A DNA stretch of 62,987 nt, the filler included, from Hyphochytrium catenoides (taxonomy: Eukaryota > Protista > Hyphochytriomycota), in assembly GCA_900088475.1 (NCBI GenBank). It is 8 parts of 8 records of this genome, joined end to end, with 100 filler letters (N's around TTAATTAATTAA, not from the genome) between each part and the next. Parts side by side here need not be neighbours in the genome. Positions count along the whole stretch, not along the records: positions 43,385 to 59,326 come from FLMG01002216.1; positions 59,427 to 61,779 come from FLMG01001857.1; 6 more parts are not named here. One strand, 5' to 3'. Below are positions 49,301 through 59,688 of this stretch, piece after piece. Numbering within the stretch: position 1 is the stretch's first letter; each line of letters starts with the position of its first letter. The position numbers were made by a program, and so were the translations under genes. The notes under the pieces were generated by a model. The model saw only the letters and a program-made list of their open reading frames with translations. It was not told the DNA's origin and searched no databases.

Positions 49301-52300
49301 AGCTTACGCCGTCTCAGTCTAAACATGGCCTCCTCATCATGCTTAGCCCTACAACGCCAAAGGAGGGGACCGAAGAGTTTTTCCACATGTTATAGTCAGT
49401 AGCGGAACCCAAAGGGATGACGGAGGCCTTGTTATCTTCTTACTTGAGACTCTGTTGGGAGGTCACCTTGCGGCCGTTTCGATCCAACACAGGCATGGCC
49501 TCTGAGTCACTTGCTCCACATCTATTCATTTTTGCAAGTTCAACTGCATAGCAGCGGATGAGTCAATCTACAATCAAGAAACCCAGGGAACGCCAACAGC
49601 ACTGGCACGAGGACTTTCAGATAAAGAAGGAAGCACTCACTGCGCAGGTAACGAGGGCAATGTCTAATCAACGGAATGTGGCCTCGGGTGATAAAAGGTG
49701 TCGGGTTGGTGCATAGCAAGGACAAAACCGTACCTAGGTACTCCACTGCCTCTCTTCGAGAGACATCCCTCTCAATAAATACAAGTTCCTCCAGGAGAGG
49801 AAGAAGCCAGTGCCATGCTGACTCATCGCAAGCGACGGATACCATCTGCCCTAAAGAACCCAGGGCTTCATCCAGCACCAATCGATCGTCATCTAGACAA
49901 GTCTAATACAGGGAGGCGAAAGCGGACGACGGGAAGAGGTAAGGCCTAGATCTTAGTCCCTACAAGCATAAGGAACACTCACCCTGGCAAAGATCCCTCC
50001 TAGGAAAGGAACGATTATATGCAAGCGACTACTGGCACCATTAATGAACTTAAAGTCTGTGCTGTACGTCTAAACAGGGACGAGTGGAGAAATGGAATGG
50101 TAAGTAAAGGCCCGACTACTTTGCTACATCGTCAAGAAGGTAGTAAAACCACGCCCTTCGTTAAGCCCTCATGGTTCATCCCCGTTGCTTCACCCCACAG
50201 TCTTGTTTATGGGGCTAGATGTGTATCACCTGCGGCATGGCCTGCTGCCAGCAATACAGGTCATGATCATCGAAGTCATCTTCAGTGAAACTGTACACTT
50301 TCGGCACCAGCGCACAGATCAGCATGGGCGTGAGAGAGCGGCTTGTCTCATAGCTGTGGTTAGATTATCAGGGAAAGTTTAAGAAAAATGAGAGAGAAAA
50401 GAGTAGGGCCGCAAGAAGAATGGTGGTGAGTAAGAAACAATGTCAGCGGTAGGACGTTAGATAATGCAATGTGCATGCCTGCTACTGCTCATTCTCTTCA
50501 GCATGGGGATGAAGTGGGTCCCGATTTGATATACTGAGAGAAACTCAATGATTCCGCAGAGAGTATCTCCAGCCTTCTTATACACGTCCTTCTCTCTGAC
50601 TGTGGAAAGAATCTCTATCACCTGGAACAGCACATGCGAAATGGAAAGCTTGCAGATCTCCATCGCATTAGCGTCTGACGAGGGCATGGAGACTGGTTAG
50701 CACACATTTAGGTCAACATGCCTCCTCCCTTCTGTCGGAGCCCTTCGCTGGCCTTCTTACCTATAGCAGCCAAGAGCCGAACCATATCTGAGCTACCAGG
50801 TGGTTGTGATATTAGGAATGGCAACAATACCGGCCGCAGGGCCCCGGTGCACTGCCAAAGAGTGAATGCAGTTTGATCAGAGTAAGCCAAGTGATGAAGG
50901 AGTGCGGAGACCGCCACCTTCCTAGCTATCGACTAGGACCAACTTTGATGAAGAGACAGACAAAAAAAGACTGGGCAAGGACACGGGACGAAGAGTGCCA
51001 TCGTATGGTGCTGCCTACCTGTAGTGCGGATTGGTCTGTCGGCCAGGCCAAATTGGCAGGGCACATAGTGAGTTGGTGCAGCCCCAAGAGCCAATACCGA
51101 ATGTTCATAGCTGCAGTCACAGTTCTAAAGCTCGATGTGTTGTTCAAAACCTGAAGCCCGGGAGGTAGGTTTGAGCATTAGTACGGGTGAAAGGATAAAT
51201 AATAAACATCATGAACGAACACAAGGATCCTTGACTGATCTCGCCCAGCATACCTTGTTTGACTTTCGCAATCGAGCCACCTCGCTCTTGCCTAGCCTAA
51301 GCATGTGCATCTTCGTTGGAAGAGGCGCCTCCTACAGGAACAGATAATGAGAAAGATTCAGTATGTTCATAGGTCCACGTAAAAAAACACATCTGAAGCT
51401 CTCAATAGGCCTGAGTGTCGCCCTTTCTCCTTACCTTGATACGGGTGAGTATCTCTATATGGTTAAACGGAGCCAGATTCACCCCATTGAGGGTAAGGAT
51501 CAAGCTATAAATGCAAGAATGAACCATTTAGTAGGCGCGATCAGGGTTGTATGACAGCAGGAGTGTGACATATGAGTGAAGTGATAGCAGTTGGCCAAAA
51601 ATAGAAGAAGAATGTTTTGTGACTATCCCGTCAGAAGAAAGATATGCTTGCCTTGGTACAGTAACTCCTGCAGCGCTTGCCGCAGAATGATCTTCAGTTG
51701 CCACGATGACGACAAAATCGAACATTCTCTCTACGGTCTGCAAAGCAATGTTAGGCCGTGTCTTTCACAAGCAGAGCTCTGTGGGTAAGGTTTGGGACAA
51801 AGGGTGACATGTGAAATATAACGCCAGATCAGCGCCACTTGAGGCAGCTGCGGCCATGGACAGCACAAGAAGAACGGTGTTGCCGGTATCCGGGAAGAGG
51901 GAGTCCATTCTCCTTCGCATCATAATAGAGAGCAAAAGAAGTACATCATCAAGAACGGACAGCAGCTCCTGACGTACCAGGCCCATGACCTTCTGATTCA
52001 TTGTGACGTGGTAAATGTCGCTCTTGTGTGGAGTGGCAAAGACAAAGCGGATGAACTCATTCTGATGTGACGCCTTGCGAACTATCCAATAGTACTGCTC
52101 CAAGGACTTGATCTTCACATCGTTGATCTGGGGGCAGCAGCACATTTGAGGTATCATTCAGATCTTTGGATAAAATGGGGCAAGCGAGTACTAAGGAGCT
52201 ACCCTCCACGCCCCACAAAGAGAGGAGGAACCGGGTAGATTAGATAAGTAGCTTGTAAGGGTGACCCTCTATTATGGGAGAAATTATGGCAGACTGCAAT

Positions 52301-54149
52301 GAATGCCTTACCTCCTTCAGTACAAGACCTGGTATAACTCCATATCGATATGGTGTGGAATCCGATTCCACTGCAGCCACTGTCACAGAGCTCCGCTGCT
52401 GATAGAGAGAGAGCGCGCGCGTCTCCGTAGCCTTCATCAGCACCAGTCGCCGCCCAGCCTTGCGACCTCCCTCATGTCCAGCCCTTTGAGGTATCCAAGG
52501 CGTGTAAGGGTCCAACCACTAAGGTGCTCATGTCAAACAGTCAAGAGTGCGAGGGTAACTTACCATGGCGCAGGATCAAGTATGATAATCCCCTTATCTG
52601 ATAACACAAGGCCAATAATGGCATGACGATGTCTAGCAGTAGATGAGAATAAGTTCCACTGTGAGTTTTTGATCAGGGATAAGGTCAAAAGGAAGATCAA
52701 TGGAGCGCGATTGGCTGATGTGGAGGTATTGAAGACCCTGAAAGTGTTTAGAAATCACCCAGGACCTCCACAGACGAACATTGAAGAGGTATACAAGCTC
52801 AAGCCAATACAGATCGATAAGAAGCACACAATCTTCTCCAAAAATGGCATATGGTGATCATTCCCACGATCATTCACGTGACATGCTCTATTGCTGCGAC
52901 CACCATCCGGCTCACCTGCTCTGGACTTCTCTCTCCCATTTGGCGAGGCCCGTCGCATCGGTATCCTTAAAATTGTCCACAGGGACGTGGCAGCAGCCCG
53001 TCTGCAGCACCCCAGTCAGTTTCACATCATGCGATTCCGCACACACAACGATACATCACAGAAACCGACAACGAGGGATACACACGGGAACCCTACAGAT
53101 ACTATCGAGCAGTAAAGGCTGTAGCGCTATGGAAGTAAAGTGAAGGTGAACCAAAGCAGGCAGCTTTCAAATACCTTCCCATAGTAGGAAATGACGATGG
53201 AATCTCCTTCACTCTCTGTCCGCAAAAGGAACGTCCCCACAGGCATGGTGCTGAGCAGGGATTCTATGTCAAGAGAGAGAGGTAAATGACCAGAGTCAAA
53301 CAAGGACTTTTTACAGGCAAACATGCGTAAATGGAGCCATACCTGCCGCTATCCTACTCATGCTTCCCACATAAAACTTGTAGATCGATGTTCGCTTCAG
53401 ACAGTCCAGCTATACAGACACATTCAGTCAGAACCCCCAGGGTTGAAATGACTTCGAAGGCGGAAGACGCAGCCAAAGACTCGGTCCATCAACTAGGGAA
53501 CAAACAGACCTTGGTCAGGGGCACTGGTGCAGCCTCTTGAATATTGAGGGGGTTGCTTGGCTTGCCAACTGAGCCCGAGTGGTTCCGGCCGTCGAGACGT
53601 CTTGGCTCGGAGGTCGCGCTGTGGGAGGACGGCACATGCTCATTGTCTCCACGGAGTGAACCACTGCGCTGACCCTTGGTGCCCAGCTTGCGGAATGTGT
53701 TGGCAAGCTTGCTAGCGATGTTGCCCTTTGCTTTGGACCTGTCAGACTGTCCTCGGAGAACAGAGAGAGAGAGAGCATGAGGGAGGGATATGATCGGGGT
53801 TACTAACCAGCATGGCTGGGGACTTCGACGCACCTCATCAATGCGCTCTTCTAGCCGTCTGCCTCGACTATGGGCTCTTGCTCTTTTCTCCTCATCGTCT
53901 TCGTCCGCTCTATCGTCCTCCCCACCCAGTCGAGCTGGGGGGCCTGTCTTAGACCTAAACTCTTGCAAGTAGGCACTCATTTGTTCTGGCGTGCCATTCA
54001 CTAATCAAGCTCTAGATCCGTTACATTAAGGTACAGTCTTTCGGCCCACCGTCCTCTGTGGCTCAAATGCCTGGCTGGCTGTCCCGCGGACGAGGAGAAG
54101 GGGGATAGCCAAGCGTTTATAAAGCTCTGTCCTTACTTGACAGCTTCAT
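46342..54149 (-). CDS. Multidomain SH2 - PDZ - PDZ - PP2A A-subunit(PR65)-like HEAT-repeat protein (start codon tentative)
   Basis: More than 20 exons splice in frame. SH2: FYVGSMSRIAAESLLSTMPVGTFLLR...CCHVPV. PDZ1: VAAVESDSTPYRYGVIPGLVLKEINDVKI. PDZ2: MGLTVER..VVIVA..SAASAAGV..LILTLNGV...NHIEILTRIK. PR65-like HEATs: THFIPMLKRM, LLPLLEEL, NWQVRRAV, ETRAAAA, EDWRARLALVE, DAVVNVRLVLA, LTKDPDPDVAFY. Confidence 0.8.
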
Positions 54150-55504
54150 TGTGAAAGCAACGGATCAGTTCCGCATTGCTCTGGCACCTTTGCTCGTCGC
54201 ACCCCAACGTCATACACACATTGGAACCGCTTGCACTTGTCAGATGGAGCAAGAAGTAGCAGCGGATCCTTTGCTCGTCCTACAGTCCTTCCAAGAAGCC
54301 TACCAATCTGAGCTTTGATCAAGCTCTTCTTTTCTCTCTCCAAGCCCGGACGCAGAGGCGAAGTAGCAGTGCGTCAACGCTGAGTCCCGTCAGTACTCTC
54401 AAGAGCTCGATCTATAGGCCTCCGCCCGCAAGCACATAGTCCTCCCGCAGCGTCAATCTGCCAATCTCTGCAGACATCAGGCTCATCTCTCATCGCTCAT
54501 CGCGGTTGAGAATGAGAAGAGACAGAGCAGGGAGACTGAAGTTGGGACGCGCTCCGCTGACACACAGCGAGTGAGGGTAACAGGGGAGGAAGAGCAGAAA
54601 GAGAGACCTGGAGAGAGAGCCAGAGCAAGTGCCAGAGATGACGAGAGTCAGGAGAGATACCCCAAGAGAGGTGGAGGATGGTGTAATAAGGGGTTGGGGG
54701 GCGAGACAGAGCTATGAAAGTCAGAGACAGAGCAGCGGAGAGATAGCAGGTAGCTGGGGTGTAGAGAGAGAGAGAAGGCTGAGAGAGACAGAGGGAGGAG
54801 ATGGTAGCGCCCTTCGTCAGCTTCTGGTGCAGTATCAGCCTTCAGGTAACCCAGTCCTTAACCGCCCTGCTACAAATCAGGCTGAGTTTCAATTCTATCC
54901 TCCTCCCATTCTTCCTAATCGTACGCCGGCTGGGTTGTCTAATGGGCTGATGGAGAGCCTCTTTCTTGCGCTTTCTTCCTCCTTCCCCTTCCTCCCTCCG
55001 CTCACTCTCTTTCGCTGGATTGTCTCAGCTCTCCCATCTCCGTTTCCTTGCCTATATCTCATCGCGCTCTGTCTCCTATTAGTTAGTTATTTAGACCTCT
55101 CAAAGAGATTGTTCTCATGGCTCTGTCTTCTACCTCCCATTCTGACTGTTTCCTTGCTATCAGTAAAAAAGGGCAGAATACTTGACAAAAGAAAAGCAAG
55201 AAAGCCGTTTTGGCTCTGTTCGGGTGCACACTGCAACACCCAGAACACGACGGACCACTATCCCATAGAGGATCAGGAATAGGAGGGAGAAAGTGATAGT
55301 ATGTCAGGAATCCAACAGCCATTTTGGCACTATCCCAGATGAAGCCCTAGCTAGCCCTTAGCGTTCCTGGTAGTTGATCAATCCTAGCAGCTATCCTAGC
55401 ACAGAGGGCTTCTGATAAAAACAGCGTCATCTTAGATAGTCGTATTTCTTATGTACAAACATCCAGCGGTCGCTACGGGACCAATACTCCAATAACCTCT
55501 AACT

Positions 55505-58500
55505 ATAATATAGACCGTATATGCCCAAAGAACCTAATATAGTCGTAACCGTTGAGGAATTGATGATGGTTTGGTGAGGTTGCTGCTGAGACATTATCTA
55601 TCCTCTGCTCTGAATCTGCATCCATCTCTGTGTCGATTCTCCTAACAATCACAATGGACTGAGCTCTTGAAGCTCGACGATTGGATGACTTGGAGGCCTT
55701 GACTCTTTGGTCGGATACATGGGAGACTCTAAGTGATGGCCATGGAGGCGACGGTGAGAGAAAGAGAGAGAGAAGCTCAGCGTTGAAGAACTCATCCTGC
55801 TGGATGAGAAGAAGGAAGAGGTGGCGGAGAAAGGGATTGTGTATGAGTATAACTGTTAGACGGTAATCTCTGTTGATGAGGAGCCTTGGGTCAGGGGAGC
55901 CAGTGCGGCTACCAGGTCCAGCATGAAGGCATGTTTCTCTTTAAATGGTCTGAGAGATTCCAGTTCCTCTAGGGGCAGAGCTTGTCGATAGTGGTCATCC
56001 TGATGTTGGCCTAATTGACTTTGCTCTCGCACGACTGCATGGACAATGTTGGCAGCTGCTGGCTCAGGATCCGTTTCGACAATTTCCGGTTCTTCTTCCG
56101 CCTCCTGAATCGCCAAGACTTCAGCGAACGTATCCACACTGATCTCAATGCTCTGTCCGCGCTAGATCCTACCTGCTTTCTGTTGCTCCATAATGTCTGT
56201 TTCTCTCCTAGGCTTTTCTTTCTCTTCTCCCNNNNNNNNACATGTCTGGAATGCAAGAAAGGAAAGAGAGTGTGCAGAGAAAGAGAGAGAGAGAAACAGC
56301 CACACGTACTAGCTCTAGCCGACGGTACGCCGCGATCTGTTCATCAACCACCTCTTTGAAGGACGTAAGCTCTATTATCGGCAATAACCACCTGTCGCGA
56401 CCAAAAAGGACAGTTAAAAGCGGAACAGAGATTGGCACTCTTCTCAGCCTTTCGTGCAAACTTACCTAGCAATGGTAGAGAGAGCTGAAGGGATCTGCTT
56501 CTCAATCTGTGAAAGTCTCATCCGGCTAAAGACCAGAACTGCCCTATTATCTGTCCTTTCATTGTCTAGGCTAGTAGGACAAGGTAGACCGCAGTGTGCA
56601 TAAGCAGATGTGACCCAGTTATTTACGTCTCGTTGCTCTAAAAGGCGCGTCTCCTGAAAGACAAAGGGAGATAGGGTTGGTCGAAAGATATAGAGGAAAG
56701 AGAAGGCAACCTACTGCAAGAGAGAGGGGAGCGCGGACCGATAATAGAATGTCCTCTGACTATCAAAATATCTGAAGAATGCTGTTTTACCTTTACCAAA
56801 GCGGCAAGCGTAACTTCCCTGTACTCTTGATGCTCATCTAAGTATTTGACACTACTTCCCCGTTCCTGAGATGGACGACGGGATATTTTGCGCTTTGGCT
56901 GGCTCTGGCTGGTTCGATAGTGCTAGAGAAGGCAGGACACATCCAGAGAAAGGTTTATGGGACAACACAAATGGAGACCCTTCCCCAACCCAGCAACCAA
57001 CCACCAACCACCAAGTGGCATTTACCTCTTCTGATAAGATATTAGCGAGCTTGTTCAATATCTCTTCCACTGCCACTTGGACGCGCATACAGGACAGGCT
57101 GAGGGGATCTTCCTCCTCAGGAGCGAATGGGAGAGTCGACCTAAAATAAGCGGCTGCCCCTTGCGCCGCTAAGAGAGCCAGGCTTGTTAGAGGCTGTACC
57201 CTGGATCGAACAAGATGCTCGGAGAAGCATTAGGTAGGACAGCGAAACAGTATACAGCCCTTCCCTTCACCCAATAAAAAATACTAAGTGAGACAGAACG
57301 CGTCTCCCGGCTTGGCAGAGTGGGTTTACCTTCACTTGACCCTATGCTCTTTCTGTTCCGTGCCGATCGTGAGCCTTCTGGAGCCTCCTCTTCCCGCTTG
57401 CGGGGCAGGAAATAGCCTAATCTCCTCATCCTCCAGTCCAACAAAACGCGGACCTTTTCCGCAGGTGACTTTTTGGAGGCCGAGAAAGAGGGGTGAAGCA
57501 TCTTTGAAAGCAAAGCCCGAGCGACGATGTCGTTGTCTGTCTTATTCTTGGCCCCATGATCAAGAATCTGAAAGCAAAGTTTGTCAATTGGGGCTAGCAA
57601 AAGATCAAGCAAAGCATCTTTTACCTCGACTGCAAAGTCCAAAAGATAATCCACAACGGCTCTGTTGATAGGAGGTAGGTTATCCAGTAGAAATATGATT
57701 TTCCCCTCATAATCACTGAACGACAGCTTGCCTCCTATGAAGCTCTTCTCTGTAGCTAGAAGGAGCTGCAACCAAGGAGAAAGTGCGTCTTATGGGCTTT
57801 TTGTAAGATAGGAGATATTTTTGCTGCCAGAAGCAAAATAAAACTGGCGTCGTGGCGACAAGACGCCGACAAGAAAAGAAAGCCCGGACATCTGCTACCT
57901 TGAGCGGGACTCATGAATAATCAATGGACGAGGAAAGCGTGCCTCACCTCAGGATCTAACCCTGGCCCAGGGGGTATGAGCGGCCGCGGCAAGTCTTTTA
58001 GCCACTTGACAAGGAGAGAGATGAAGTAGTTCGGATCCGAGAGGGAGGGATCTCGGAAATCCAGGGTATTGAGATCCTGAAGACGGGCCCCATCCAGATA
58101 AAACGAGGCAGAATGTAAACTTAGGTTTGCGTGGGAAAGCTTATACAGCCAACTCATCGGGGCTAGAACTGGCATGATTACCTGCAGGATATTGCTTTCT
58201 AATCTGAGCGTTTGAAGTAAACCTGGGAATGTGATTCCGCCTAACATTTATGGCGTCCAGACCAGGATAAATTAGGATGGCGGGGTAGTGCATGTTAGGT
58301 CAGGAAGTTCCTTTCGAGTGTTTCTGGGATCACCTACCCGTGTCTCGGATGAGCTGGCAGAGAAGTAAAAGGATGGTAGGTACGGGTCGGTCCTCGCTGA
58401 GCTCAAGATCCTCCAGGGGCTTTCCAAACGTCGTTACTAGTCCTGCAACATTGAGTTAGAGTAGGGCTTCTCATGTGTCTATGGTTGAAGCTTGCCCTCT

Positions 58501-59306
58501 TCCGAGGTTGCTGTCTGCCTTCCACCTCAGTATTTATAAACCCATCCCGTCCAAGGACTTCCATCTTACCCTAGGTCTAATTCTTTGATTATCCCCTTCC
58601 CATTGTATTTACTTTCAGGTTCTAGGCCCCATAAGTATCCTTACCTTGAAGCTCCAAAAGTTCTGGGCAGGGCCTCATTGTGACGCTAAAGGTCAAAAAG
58701 CCCCTACTAGCTGATAAGGTACTAGTCAGTTAGGTTGAGTGGTCTGGGCATATCGATAGCCTTTGACGGCGGCATATGGGCCAAGTTATGACTACGCCGT
58801 TAAGGAGCATGCCACACGGGAGTATCGCAATAGCAAAGGCAGAAAAGGTCACCTGTTTTATAGCTTGACACTTGACTTTGAGAGATTATTGTGCCACTCG
58901 CGACTTTTCCTAGTTCAGAGGCGAGAGAGACATCAAGGCTCATAAGAGCCTGTTTCCAAGAGTAGTTCGTCCCAAAAGTTCCACTATTGTGAGAGGTCTA
59001 ACAAAAAAGACAAATCGATCAGTAAACCAATACTGCATAATGAAAGAGAGGTTCTTCGTCTCATTACCACCTCAGGCTTCTGTGGCTGGGTGGTGGTCTT
59101 CATATTGTTTACAAGGCTCGTCACTGTTGCTGCATAAGGAAATAGGTGAGAGAGGGACAAACCACGACGGCAGCAGCCATTGAAATGTGATACGTACCGC
59201 CCTTCGACCCGTCTTCCTTGCCTTCGTCCGCCTCCGGATTCTGGGGTCCCAATGAGGACTTCGATGGGGACGATACCTGTTCAGGTCGACGAGTATCCCC
59301 ATCCAT
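55505..59306 (-). CDS. RhoGAP-like protein with Gln at the arginine-finger position; 5' exons and 3' end uncertain
   Basis: Exons ~58442-57455 give TFGKPLEDL..VPTILLLLCQLIRDTGGITFPGLLQT...SLLVKWLKDLPRPLIP...LDNLPPINRAVVDYLLDF..ILDHGAKNK, followed by helical/coiled-coil-like exons. Confidence 0.72.
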
Positions 59307-59326
59307 TTAGAGGAATGGGTAGAGGA

Positions 59327-59426
59327 NNNNNNNNNNNNNNNNNNNNNNNNNNNNNNNNNNNNNNNNNNNNTTAATTAATTAANNNNNNNNNNNNNNNNNN
59401 NNNNNNNNNNNNNNNNNNNNNNNNNN
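59327..59426. other. Artificial contig linker
   Basis: Same pattern; cuts PDI mid-exon. Confidence 0.98.
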
Positions 59427-59688
59427 GTGCAGTGGCGTCAAGCTTGGCAATGCGGATGCCCTCAGCCTTTAAGGTCTTTGCAGCCTTGGCATATTCAGGG
59501 GCTAGAGACTTGCAGTGGCCGCACCACGGTGCGTAGAACTCAACAAGGAGTGGCGAATGCTCCTTGATGGCATCCTTGAAATTGCTGTCAGTAAGAACGA
59601 GAACATCCTCGTCTTCTTCAATGTCAAGCCCAAAGGTGAGGCCGACGAAGGCAAAGCTCAAAGCGGTGAGGAACTTCCACGCGACCAT
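59427..59688 (-). CDS. PDI: Protein disulfide isomerase, N-terminal fragment (cut at contig end)
   Basis: Signal peptide, then VLVLTDSNF...[23 protein letters not shown]...IAKLDAT. Confidence 0.95.

Noticed and set aside
51528-51743. FDFVVIV as the start of a uDENN domain
   Set aside because: Flanking exons complete a PDZ pattern instead, and no DENN core follows.
54629-55282. 217-aa + strand ORF
   Set aside because: Half purine-rich and half pyrimidine-rich low complexity, with no recognisable motif; probably a chance ORF between or antisense to the minus-strand genes.
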